The notes under the pieces were generated by a model, which was not told the origin of the DNA, made no database searches, and saw nothing but the letters and a program-made list of their open reading frames with translations. Positions 16,300 through 25,505 of a stretch of DNA of 64,000 nucleotides are shown here, piece by piece; the first letter of the stretch is position 1, and each line of letters begins with the position of its first letter. Origin of the DNA: a virus. The stretch is from the IMG/VR virus record IMGVR_UViG_3300026522_000001, positions 54,806-118,805 of that record; one strand, written 5' to 3'. A program made the translations under genes and the position numbers.

Positions 16300-17640
16300 G
16301 CCTGTAGGCAAAATATCTTTTTCCTTCTATATATAGGAAGGAAAATGTACTGTATATACACAAGCAGGAAATATACACACTTTCTTCTATTATATAGAAA
16401 GAAAAAGCTAGCACGCTTGACTATATACTGCATATCAGGCAGGTATGTTATTATATGCTATATATATATACGCCTATATATCCTTATATATAATATTATC
16501 TATGTTTCACGTGAAACATCTATATAGCGCCCTATAATTGTATCTATAATTGTATATGATTTTGGTTTGAAATTTTTTTTGAGATAAGATTTTTTCGTTG
16601 TTGCTTTCTATATAGCTATAATTATACTATGTTGTTTATGCCGATTTTTGCCCTTTTTCACTGTTAAAATCTTGTGATAATCTTGCTAAAATCTTTATGT
16701 TTTTAGGCTATATTTTATGCTATGTTTGCTATAATTGTGTTCTCTATTTAGCTATATAGATGTATCTATAATTGTGTTTATATACTTATCCACATCTTAT
16801 CCACTTTATACACATCTATAATTGTCTATAATTGTCTGTCTGCGAATTTCAGACGATTTACCACTATCTTTTGCCATATTGTATATATATATAGCTATAA
16901 TCACATATAATTTTTCTAAAACGATTTACCACATCTTTTTGCCAATCTATATATATAAAATCTAAAAAACGATTTGCCACTATCTTTTGCCAATCTATAT
17001 ATATATAGCTATATTACATTTCTTTTTTCTATTGATAATGGTAAAACTATTTTACCATTTATATTCTTTTCTATATAGTGTATCTTTTCCTATATAGTTT
17101 TACCTCTATATAGTATATTCTTTATTACTCTTATTCTCTATATTACTATAATTGTATAATATCCTTTTCTTTTTTTGTTTACTGCCGGAAGGTGAAATGA
17201 TTTATTCTTTATGTTGTTACTACTCTTATTCTATATAGTATACTCTTTTTCTTTTTCTCTTTTGTTTACTGCCGAATAATCTATGATATATTCTCTATAT
17301 AGCTATATATGTTATAATTGTTATACATTCTTTTCTTTTTTCTTTTTTCTTTCTGCCGCGCTGAAAGTTGATATAATTGTAGATATACTGTTTATATACT
17401 GTTGATACACTGTTGATATAATTGTGTTATATTTTATACACATATCTATGTTATAATTCTTGTTATTTATTATGTGATAAATTATAACATAAATTATCGT
17501 ATTCTTATGTTACACCTTATAGTATAATTGTTATTATAATCATTGTTATATTAAGTATTTTTATTGATTTTTCATATGGATAATATATAATTGATTCTAT
17601 CTATATATTACAGACGTTTTTCCCATATATATTGTATAAA
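16300..17640. repeat. repeat-dense non-coding field (palindromic CTATATAG boxes, TATAATTGT boxes, three ~45-nt direct repeats)
   Basis: Exact CTATATAG at 16519, 16608, 16752, 17071, 17090, 17106, 17231 and 17295. CTATAATTGT at 16532, 16544, 16729, 16766, 16816, 16826 and 17146, plus variants. acgatttaccac.atctttt.gcca occurs three times between 16853 and 17005. There is no credible ORF. Confidence 0.8.
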
Positions 17641-17668
17641 AAAAATAGCTCCATTGATGGAGCTATAA
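17636..17668 (-). terminator. intrinsic terminator
   Basis: atagctccat-tgat-ggagctat followed on the minus strand by TTTTTTTT. Confidence 0.6.
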
Positions 17669-17681
17669 AACATATTATCTT

Positions 17682-17879
17682 TTATTCTGCTTTTGCCGCA
17701 AAATCACCGCAACATACAGTTTTTGCAGTAGCAGAATATCTCACTAGGGAATAATCATATTCCCATGTGTTGAAATTGTTTTTTGCATACTGATAGTATG
17801 CATTAACAACCGCCTGTTCTGGTGGAACAGTATAGATATATGCATTCCTTGTTCCGAGCTGATACACAATAGTTTTCAT
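17682..17879 (-). CDS. hypothetical small protein
   Basis: ORF track. RBS AAAGGAGAG upstream. Confidence 0.55.
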   Translation of the reverse strand: MKTIVYQLGTRNAYIYTVPPEQAVVNAYYQYAKNNFNTWEYDYSLVRYSATAKTVCCGDFAAKAE

Positions 17880-17960
17880 GATAATCTCTCCTTTAGTTCA
17901 GTTTGTTCTCTAACTCTCTATATTGTTTGAGAGTTGAGATTCTTTTTCTAACTGCTAATC

Positions 17961-18314
17961 TCATTTTTCCACTTCTTTCTTAATTTTCATAATCAGCCGC
18001 GCCGCCTGATACAGTGCGCGTGCTTGTACGTCAATCCATGTTTCCTGTTTGTTCGGGCGACGTTCTCCGCCCTTTGTTTTCTTGATTTCAGATGGCGTAC
18101 AAAGACGATGACAGATGTCAATGTTATAAATCAATGCACATCCTCCCTCGCTATACTGTTTCCAGTTATCAGCGCCGTTGAGAAGATTCTTTTCAGTGAT
18201 TTCTTCATCATCTATGCTATCCAATATATCAATAGCATAGAGAATTACTCCCTTCTTCCACGCGGAACGAGCTTTTTCTTCCATAATTGCTTTTTTGATT
18301 TCTTCTTTCGTCAT
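17961..18314 (-). CDS. hypothetical protein (start moved to MTKEEIKK)
   Basis: The internal ATG follows AAGAGAGGAAGATAAAA. The N-terminus is duplicated at 32440. Confidence 0.55.
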   Translation of the reverse strand: MTKEEIKKAIMEEKARSAWKKGVILYAIDILDSIDDEEITEKNLLNGADNWKQYSEGGCALIYNIDICHRLCTPSEIKKTKGGERRPNKQETWIDVQARALYQAARLIMKIKKEVEK

Positions 18315-18428
18315 TTTTATCTTCCTCTCTTTCCTGCCCTTATGGGCAACACTTGTTTCAACTTTCAACTATATATTAACACTTTTTGCCATCGTTGTCT
18401 TTAGAATAGCATTAAAATTTCACTAAGG

Positions 18429-18467
18429 CAAAAAAAAATAAGAGGAAAAATATCTTTCCTCTTATGG
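18429..18467 (-). terminator. intrinsic terminator
   Basis: ataagaggaaa-N5-tttcctcttat followed on the minus strand by TTTTTTTT. Confidence 0.6.
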
Positions 18468-18474
18468 TTGATAT

Positions 18475-18675
18475 TTATTTGTTGAAACTCTTTTTAAATC
18501 TTTCTAAAGATTCTCTAACTTCTTCTCTTGATTTTACACTATAACTGAATCCCATTTTAACACCAATATCTCTATCCCTGTATTCTTCTTCTACAACGAA
18601 ATTTTTATTCGTTGTACTATATGAAACAGTAATTCTATTATCACCAAAAATATAACCAGCCATTGCGATTTTCAT
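18475..18675 (-). CDS. hypothetical small protein
   Basis: ORF track. RBS AAGGAAAG upstream. Confidence 0.5.
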   Translation of the reverse strand: MKIAMAGYIFGDNRITVSYSTTNKNFVVEEEYRDRDIGVKMGFSYSVKSREEVRESLERFKKSFNK

Positions 18676-18712
18676 AATACATCTTTCCTTTCTTTGTTCT
18701 TTTTCATGATTT

Positions 18713-18907
18713 TTAATCCATACAATAGACTATGTGGTAGCTTTCAGACTGATGTGTTTTGTGTACGGCCCATCTGTAGCCCCGCCACTTTATCCACTCG
18801 ATCTCGTTGGCTACATCATAATGTAGCTGGCGGGTGATATAGATAGTTTTAAAGATGTTGCGTTCCGGTCTATCCTGCCGGATTGCTACTGTGATTTTGT
18901 CCATCAT
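18713..18907 (-). CDS. hypothetical small protein
   Basis: ORF track. RBS AAGGAGGAG upstream. Confidence 0.55.
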   Translation of the reverse strand: MMDKITVAIRQDRPERNIFKTIYITRQLHYDVANEIEWIKWRGYRWAVHKTHQSESYHIVYCMD

Positions 18908-19454
18908 TTCATTCCACTCCTCCTTTTCTTTTGGCCTTCCTTTCGGCTTATGTCAAGTATACCACATTCTCGCCGTGTCTGTACAGTTAAAATTTTATTA
19001 AAACATTCTTAACAGCTAAACGATTTCTTGTTGCTATGTATATATAGAAGAAAAGTTATAAAAATAATGCTAAAATATGTGTTCGCGCTTTATTCTACAA
19101 GGCTTTACATGCTTTTCACTATACTATGTTTAGCCAGTCTTTTTATATCTGTTAGCTACAATACATATATTCAAGGTATGTATTATATTTCTTATCTATC
19201 TTATATTTCATAATTATCATATATGTATTATCTATCTTATATGTATTGTATGATATATGTATGTGTATATGTGTATACATATGTGCATACATGCACAGGC
19301 TAAATAAATCTTAATATCTCAATGATTCTTTATTGCCTGCCCTATAATTGTATTTGTTTTTGAAAAACATTTTGGTTAAAAATAGTTAAGCACCTATCAA
19401 TATCTTATCACATTCTATAATTGTATTTGATTTCAAAAAACATTTTAGACAAAA

Positions 19455-19495
19455 AAATAGCCACTAGATATTATTTCTAGTGACTAAATATCTTA
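19455..19495 (-). terminator. intrinsic terminator
   Basis: Hairpin tcactagaaataatatctagtgg followed by CTATTTTTTT on the minus strand. Confidence 0.5.
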
Positions 19496-19497
19496 TG

Positions 19498-19857
19498 TTA
19501 ATGCCTATCTTCGTCTACATCATTGATATATTCTTTGATGCAGTCCATTTCTCCCATAACTTCTTTATACAGTTTCTTTGATATTCTCTTATTGGCGCTT
19601 GCCGATAAAAGAATACTTTCGATGTTTCTCAAACTAACTTCAATTTTATCAATGCAAGCATCAAGATTTCCTGCACTCTCTTCCAACAAATCTGTGTACC
19701 TGCTATAATCTTCAAGTCTCTTTTCTTCTTTTTCAACCTTTCTTTCTTCTTTTTCAAACACATCAAATATGTCGTTTGATATGTCATAACCTAATACTTT
19801 ATCTAGGTAATTCCGCACATCATACTTATCATCAAAATAAACATTTTGGCTATTCAT
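19498..19857 (-). CDS. hypothetical acidic coiled-coil protein
   Basis: ORF track, co-directional array. Confidence 0.55.
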   Translation of the reverse strand: MNSQNVYFDDKYDVRNYLDKVLGYDISNDIFDVFEKEERKVEKEEKRLEDYSRYTDLLEESAGNLDACIDKIEVSLRNIESILLSASANKRISKKLYKEVMGEMDCIKEYINDVDEDRH

Positions 19858-19883
19858 TTCTAATCCTTCTTTCTATCTTTTAA

Positions 19884-20120
19884 TTATTTTACTTCACGCA
19901 ATTCACAATACGGGTTGCCATCATAATCTACATAGATAACCCCCTTGTTAGTAGCATCTAAGTCAATTTTATATGGGTCATCAAGACCCAATTTTTTACA
20001 GATACTTGATTTAGATGTATCTGTATAAATGATGATGCCTGTTGGGATTACATCATTCACACTATACCCACCTTCTTCGTTTCTCCAAACGTCATAGTCA
20101 AAGATTTCGTACTTTTTCAT
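19884..20120 (-). CDS. hypothetical small protein
   Basis: ORF track. RBS GGAGGAGAA upstream. Confidence 0.55.
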   Translation of the reverse strand: MKKYEIFDYDVWRNEEGGYSVNDVIPTGIIIYTDTSKSSICKKLGLDDPYKIDLDATNKGVIYVDYDGNPYCELREVK

Positions 20121-20233
20121 ATTTTTCTCCTCCTATCGTGCCATATGGGCTTCCCTACGGCCTGCCTTGTTTTTCTTTACACCTATAATATAGCACAAAT
20201 AAGGCTATTTTACAAGTTAGAATTAAATTAAAA

Positions 20234-20449
20234 TTATTGGTCAGCACGCATACACTCATCAAGATAAATCTTGCGATTGTGTGAAACAAAATAGCTACGC
20301 TCTTTTTCATACCGTATTTTAGAATATCTTGTCTTTTCCACTTTACCACAGATATTCCATGAAAACTTGATTTTATCGTCGATGTCATAGATAACATCAT
20401 AAATGATAATACAAACGTTTTCTGTTACTGGATAATAAGCCTTAATCAT
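20234..20449 (-). CDS. hypothetical small protein
   Basis: ORF track. RBS GGAGGAAT upstream. 8-nt overlap with the upstream gene. Preferred over the overlapping ORF 20155-20400. Confidence 0.5.
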   Translation of the reverse strand: MIKAYYPVTENVCIIIYDVIYDIDDKIKFSWNICGKVEKTRYSKIRYEKERSYFVSHNRKIYLDECMRADQ

Positions 20450-20666
20450 TTTTAATTCCTCCTATCATTGCAACGTGTTCACACATCCAATTACGGAGTG
20501 CTTGATGGAAAATCAACAAATCATCACTAGATTTGTAATTCTTTTCCATCTTCTTGATAATAAGAAACATCACATAAGCCTTTTCTGAATAAGAAATCAG
20601 CTTATTTTCATTGATTTTGTTGAGTTTCTTATTCAACAAATTGATAATATTTTCATACTTTTCCAT
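20442..20666 (-). CDS. hypothetical small protein
   Basis: ORF track. RBS GGAGGAGGAG upstream. Confidence 0.55.
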   Translation of the reverse strand: MEKYENIINLLNKKLNKINENKLISYSEKAYVMFLIIKKMEKNYKSSDDLLIFHQALRNWMCEHVAMIGGIKND

Positions 20667-20736
20667 ACTTTTCTCCTCCTCCTGTTTCTGTCCTTATTAT
20701 ACAGTATGAGAACTGGAATTGCAAATTAAAATTTTA

Positions 20737-21069
20737 TTAATATAAAATTAACGTACCGTGCACTTTTAAGTATCTCAAGAATGTTTCATCATCGTCTAAA
20801 ACATATATAGATGGTACTAGCTCTGTTTCAACTCCAATCTTATTATTATATATTCCATTGGCTATCTGTACTGCTTTTTTCAAGTCTTTTTGTTCATCAT
20901 CAAAGTAATATTCTAAACAAACATTATTTTTTAAGATAATAACATAGTGCTTTTTCTTTTTATATTTTATATGATAAACAGAAAGTATCTTCTTGATGTA
21001 TTTATACTTTCTTTTAGGTACAAGCTCGTAGGCTATAATTGTATTCGTGTATCTATACAGCTGTCTCAT
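20737..21069 (-). CDS. hypothetical protein
   Basis: ORF track. Confidence 0.5.
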   Translation of the reverse strand: MRQLYRYTNTIIAYELVPKRKYKYIKKILSVYHIKYKKKKHYVIILKNNVCLEYYFDDEQKDLKKAVQIANGIYNNKIGVETELVPSIYVLDDDETFLRYLKVHGTLILY

Positions 21070-21113
21070 AAAGCATCATCCCTTAAATATATATATCTAT
21101 AATTGTAGTTGTA

Positions 21114-21368
21114 TTAACCAAAAATTATCTTAGATGGATTTACTAAGATAAGGTATTTTTCTTCAACGCCTGTATACCCATTATTTGGGTCATCATTTCC
21201 TGCTGCAGGAGTTATCATATATTCAAAATCACCCGGTTCGAAATCACCCGCTACAGAACGATACAAGCCATCACCGGTTATATTATATTCTTTACTAGGA
21301 ATTGGATGACCAGCACGCTTTTTACCTGTATATCTTACTCTATCTCCTACTTTAAATTTTGGTTTCAT
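21114..21368 (-). CDS. hypothetical protein
   Basis: ORF track. RBS AAAGGAGA upstream. Confidence 0.55.
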   Translation of the reverse strand: MKPKFKVGDRVRYTGKKRAGHPIPSKEYNITGDGLYRSVAGDFEPGDFEYMITPAAGNDDPNNGYTGVEEKYLILVNPSKIIFG

Positions 21369-21384
21369 TATTGTTATCTCCTTT

Positions 21385-21912
21385 TTATTTTGTTAGATAC
21401 ACAAACATCTTAATGCTATCTTCTACTCTTAATTGTCCTTCTAGTATTTGTGAAATAATAAATCCACTAGTCCATTTATATTTGTTATTTCCATATACAC
21501 CATAATATACAGCATACAAGAATGAAACATATTCATTCTTTTCTAGCTGTTTTAATACATCAATATCTTTTGTTTTTAGAAAATTCTTTGCTTTGGTCTT
21601 TACACTTGTATCTGCAAATTCTTCTATATATTCTAGCTTGTTTTTATAATGCTTATAGAAAGCACTCTTTTTATCTAATTGTGTCTCTACTACACAGATA
21701 ACATCATAACTTAACTTATCTACCAACTTATCAAATTCTTTTAATTCTTTTGTTGGTAGATTCATTTCTTTTGTGTATAGAAAATATACATCATCCTTTT
21801 TTGGTGAAAATAAACTGTCTGTATTGATGTAGTCAAATACGTTCTTTACGAATTTATAGTCTTTTAATACATCATTTAGACGTGTTCTATTCCCTACAAG
21901 TATCCTAAACAT
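21385..21912 (-). CDS. hypothetical protein
   Basis: ORF track. RBS AAGGATGA upstream. Confidence 0.55.
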   Translation of the reverse strand: MFRILVGNRTRLNDVLKDYKFVKNVFDYINTDSLFSPKKDDVYFLYTKEMNLPTKELKEFDKLVDKLSYDVICVVETQLDKKSAFYKHYKNKLEYIEEFADTSVKTKAKNFLKTKDIDVLKQLEKNEYVSFLYAVYYGVYGNNKYKWTSGFIISQILEGQLRVEDSIKMFVYLTK

Positions 21913-22004
21913 TGGACTATCATCCTTCTTATACGTATATCACAAACTTATACATACATCACAAATTGCCTAGCTATTAGCGTAGCTAGGCTAGGATATT
22001 TTAT

Positions 22005-22280
22005 TTACTCTTCTTCATCGTCATCGTCGTCGTCATTTTCGTCATCATCTTCATCATACAGATGCATGATGTCTGAAAGACTAAACCAAATAAAATCATT
22101 AAGCTCAGCTTCACTAGGAATATATCCTAATACGTCCTCTGACATATATTCTTCAATGATATTCATTGCTTCTTCTTCTCTACCCTGCTTCTCAATATCA
22201 TCTAATGTAGTACGTGCTCCACTCCATGCATTTCCTTTATACTCATCCCATCCGTATCTCTCTACAGTAACTTTAATCAT
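22005..22280 (-). CDS. small protein with poly-acidic C-terminal tail (start moved to MIKVTVERYGW)
   Basis: The ATG at 22280 follows AAGGAGGAA, and a promoter lies inside the longer track ORF. The tail is EDDDENDDDDDDEEE. Confidence 0.55.
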   Translation of the reverse strand: MIKVTVERYGWDEYKGNAWSGARTTLDDIEKQGREEEAMNIIEEYMSEDVLGYIPSEAELNDFIWFSLSDIMHLYDEDDDENDDDDDDEEE

Positions 22281-22343
22281 TACAAATTCCTCCTTGTGTT
22301 GTGAATACCCTGTTTTTCTGTTTTGTTCCCTTTGAACAGTTTC

Positions 22344-22372
22344 ATAATAACATACCTTGTGGGCTATGTCAA
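22344..22372 (-). promoter_or_regulatory. sigma70-type promoter
   Basis: TTGACA tagcccacaaggtatgt TATTAT. Confidence 0.55.
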
Positions 22373-22415
22373 TTAGAAATTCATTAAAAAACACTATAAT
22401 TGTATTTATTCTATT

Positions 22416-22619
22416 TCAAATTCCTTTTGATGTAAGATATAATATATAGAAGTCATACAATACATTATTTGTACATCTATTTATACCACAACATACTTTA
22501 TTTATTTCTTTTAGGTTGTTGTAGTATTTTATGTCTTTTGTTGCTATGAAATTATTTAGATTTTCTTGTAATTTTTCTTTGTAAAATTCTTCCAAGATAT
22601 TTTCACCACCATTATACAC
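22416..22619 (-). CDS. hypothetical small protein
   Basis: ORF track. Overlaps the upstream gene by 8 nt. Confidence 0.5.
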   Translation of the reverse strand: MYNGGENILEEFYKEKLQENLNNFIATKDIKYYNNLKEINKVCCGINRCTNNVLYDFYILYLTSKGI

Positions 22620-22944
22620 CTAAAAATACTGCATTATCTTTTACTGTATACTCTTTAGGAACATCACCATTACATCTAAGATTATGTGTAGTGATTACTT
22701 CTCCAGTATCTAGCATTTTAATACGAAATTTCATCCCTCCATATCCTAATCCGTATGTGTTTATTAAATCTTTTGGTTCCTTACCTATATGATAGCAAAC
22801 GCCTTTAATAATTACTGCACTATCATCTAATGCTAATTGCCAAAATCTTTTAGAAAAGCATTTTTCGTCACCACATAGCCCTGAAAATTCACTGCCTTTG
22901 TAGTAATCTTTCTTTACTTCTTTTCCACAGATAGGACATTTCAT
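22612..22944 (-). CDS. hypothetical protein with N-terminal CxxC
   Basis: ORF track. MKCPICGKEV..CGDEKC. Confidence 0.55.
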   Translation of the reverse strand: MKCPICGKEVKKDYYKGSEFSGLCGDEKCFSKRFWQLALDDSAVIIKGVCYHIGKEPKDLINTYGLGYGGMKFRIKMLDTGEVITTHNLRCNGDVPKEYTVKDNAVFLGV

Positions 22945-22969
22945 AATATCACGCTCCTATAATTGTATG

Positions 22970-23947
22970 TTATTCACAAAACATTTCTCTATATACGGTT
23001 GCAATAAATAATTCTTTTAGCATATCATTACTTGCATTTGTCTGCAGGTCATAGAAATCATTCATAATTTTTTTTGCAACACTAACATATCCTTTAATAT
23101 CATTTTCAAGAACATCAGGTATTCCTGTAAGTGTAATATCTTTTGTCTTTCCATATACACAAATACCTAGCACAAAGCTAAAGAAATTTCTTGTAAAGAT
23201 TTCTATATTTGTAACGCTATTTAGTGTCGTTACAACATCTTTAATGTTCTTTGTCATAATGCCCTCAAGAATATTAAACATATCGTCATATTTACCACAT
23301 AACATATTTGTTACTGTTGACATAGTGATATGTTTTTCACCAATTACTTTTTCAAGATTACTAATAGCTTTACGCATAGAACCATCAGAACGCCTTGCAA
23401 TTTCTTTTAGTGCTAGACTATCGTATGATGTTCCTTCACAGTCACAAATATATTTCAACCTATTTGTAATATCTACTGTTCCAATACTGTTAAATACAAG
23501 TGTTTTTACACGACTTTTAATCGTATCAATCAGCTTATCATATTCTGTTGTTGTGAGAATATAGATAACATAACTAGGTGTATTCTCTAAAGCTAAAAGT
23601 AACTTTTGTCCACCAATGCTATCTTTTCTCATAAAGATGTTATGTGCTTCTTCTAGGATAATAACAAGTTTTTCATATCCGATTGGTTTTGTCATTGTTA
23701 GATTGATGATTTCTTCTACATTTTCTGCTTTATTAAACATAGACGAATCAATCGTGTATGTATAGGCATTAATTGTTTTAGCAAAAATCTTAGCGGTATT
23801 ACTTTTTCCACATCCATATTTTCCTGCAAAACAATAACAGTTAGGAAATTTATTTGTCTTGATGTCATGTTTAAGAATATCTATAGTTGTATCCTGTCCA
23901 ACAATGTCATCTAATGTTTTACATTCATATTTATTGTAAAGTGCCAT
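22970..23947 (-). CDS. AAA+ clamp-loader subunit (DNA pol III gamma/tau or RFC-like)
   Basis: DDIVGQD, Walker A GKYGCGKSNTAK, Walker B VIILEEAH, and sensor-1 TIKSRVKTLVF. Confidence 0.7.
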   Translation of the reverse strand: MALYNKYECKTLDDIVGQDTTIDILKHDIKTNKFPNCYCFAGKYGCGKSNTAKIFAKTINAYTYTIDSSMFNKAENVEEIINLTMTKPIGYEKLVIILEEAHNIFMRKDSIGGQKLLLALENTPSYVIYILTTTEYDKLIDTIKSRVKTLVFNSIGTVDITNRLKYICDCEGTSYDSLALKEIARRSDGSMRKAISNLEKVIGEKHITMSTVTNMLCGKYDDMFNILEGIMTKNIKDVVTTLNSVTNIEIFTRNFFSFVLGICVYGKTKDITLTGIPDVLENDIKGYVSVAKKIMNDFYDLQTNASNDMLKELFIATVYREMFCE

Positions 23948-24015
23948 GATTCTACCTCACTTTTTAATTATAAATAAGCAGGAAATTCACTACACTTCCT
24001 GCTAGATAAATACAA

Positions 24016-24297
24016 TTAATTTACTTTTGCTAATCTATAAACATCCTTAATGCATTTTTTGTCAAACCAATAACTATCACCATCAATAATGATTACAAAA
24101 TCAACCATGTTTACTCGTTCTACTTTATACATCTTTGATGTCCCGAGAGCGTCTACCATTTCTGGACTAAAATATATATTATCTGCAATTAATGATTTTC
24201 CACAACCATTTACAATAAGTTCACAACCATTATATAACTTCATTACGTCTTTCAATGATTTTAATGTAATATAGTCACCAGTTTCGATGTTCATCAT
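24016..24297 (-). CDS. hypothetical protein (tandem paralog A)
   Basis: Shares MNIxxGDYxxLKS...FDKKCxKDVYRLxxV with 24318-24614. Confidence 0.6.
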   Translation of the reverse strand: MMNIETGDYITLKSLKDVMKLYNGCELIVNGCGKSLIADNIYFSPEMVDALGTSKMYKVERVNMVDFVIIIDGDSYWFDKKCIKDVYRLAKVN

Positions 24298-24317
24298 TAT
24301 GTCCTCCTGTCTATTGT

Positions 24318-24614
24318 TTATTCCACCCGTACAAGTCTATAGACATCTTTTACACACTTTTTATCAAACACATATGCATCCTTACCAATGAATACACAAA
24401 CTCTATTATCATCTGACCATGCTACTCTATACACATCGCATGCATCCATAGCATCTAACATAACCTGTGAAAAATATCTATCACCTATGTCTACATATAT
24501 CTCAACCTTTCCTGATGCATTTTTAAGTTTAAAAGTCGTTTTCCATTTTTTGTAAAGACTCTTTACTTCATCTACTGATTTTAACATAACATAATCTCCT
24601 GCATGGATATTCAT
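24318..24614 (-). CDS. hypothetical protein (tandem paralog B)
   Basis: See 24016-24297. Confidence 0.6.
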   Translation of the reverse strand: MNIHAGDYVMLKSVDEVKSLYKKWKTTFKLKNASGKVEIYVDIGDRYFSQVMLDAMDACDVYRVAWSDDNRVCVFIGKDAYVFDKKCVKDVYRLVRVE

Positions 24615-24764
24615 TGTTTATTCCTCCTGTTCATCTTTACTAATGACTTTTACCTTAGTATTCCTTTTGACCTACCTATAGTATAGCACAAGCACGACCA
24701 AAGTCAATTATAAAACCATTATAGAAACATTAAAAATGACCCTGCTCGTGCTTTTATTTATACT

Positions 24765-25046
24765 TTATCTTGTTTTATCTAATTCTCTTGTATAGTTATT
24801 TTTAGCACTACATATATCATCATATTCTGCTTCGCTAAAAATAAAATTCTCTTCATCCTCTATTGCACTATTCATTGCCAGCTTAAACCATCTATTCTTT
24901 TTATTTCTCATACATCTATTATTAGGACAATCATTACTATTGCAATATGAAAAATCATTGTCATTAAATAAAGCATAAGATGTTGGCGATTCATATAATG
25001 CAAAAGAACCAAATTTTTTTTGAGATGTATTATTATACCACCACAT
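24765..25046 (-). CDS. hypothetical Cys-containing protein
   Basis: ORF track. Confidence 0.5.
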   Translation of the reverse strand: MWWYNNTSQKKFGSFALYESPTSYALFNDNDFSYCNSNDCPNNRCMRNKKNRWFKLAMNSAIEDEENFIFSEAEYDDICSAKNNYTRELDKTR

Positions 25047-25049
25047 GTA

Positions 25050-25505
25050 TTACACCTTCTTTTTTCTTGCCGTTTTATTTTTTAGAATTTTCTTTTTCTT
25101 ATTAGAAATTATGTTTTCATCAATAATTGTTATGTTTTTTATAGAACATTTTGTGTAAAGAATTTTACCATTTCTATAATCTTTACTGTAAGCATATACA
25201 GTTCCTTTTGCTAAAAATCTTCCTTTTGGTATTCTATTAAATTCATTTTCGTGAATCCATAAATGGTTAAATGTTTCTGCCATACCCATATCTTTATCAT
25301 GCTGATTCAATGAAATATCAGTAATTAGGAGTGATTTTCCTACATAATCTAAAGAAACAACATCTGTTTCACTTACGATTACTCCTGAGAAATATACTTC
25401 TTTATCTATATATTTAATTAGTCTTTGTTTTTCTTTATTGTTTTTTCTAAAATAATTCTTTTTCCCTTTTGGCAGTCGATTTTTCTTTAGTCTTACTTTA
25501 ATCAT
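25050..25505 (-). CDS. hypothetical basic protein (start moved to MIKVRLKK)
   Basis: The ATG follows GAAGGTG and overlaps the upstream stop by 8 nt. Confidence 0.5.
   Translation of the reverse strand: MIKVRLKKNRLPKGKKNYFRKNNKEKQRLIKYIDKEVYFSGVIVSETDVVSLDYVGKSLLITDISLNQHDKDMGMAETFNHLWIHENEFNRIPKGRFLAKGTVYAYSKDYRNGKILYTKCSIKNITIIDENIISNKKKKILKNKTARKKKV

Noticed and set aside
16125-16527. Short ORFs 16125-16307, 16233-16433 and 16345-16527
   Set aside because: They sit in the repeat field, are rich in Ile/Tyr/Leu from AT-rich sequence, and have no RBS or packing logic.
16853-17005. Possible CRISPR-like array (three repeats of acgatttaccac..gccaat)
   Set aside because: There are only three copies. 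Repeat spacing is irregular (68 and 48 nt). The 'spacers' are themselves TA repeats. No leader or cas genes are present. It is not a CRISPR array.
20155-20400. 81-aa ORF overlapping 20234-20449
   Set aside because: It is in an alternate frame of a gene that has a strong RBS and a coupled overlap with its neighbour. Its own start lacks an RBS.
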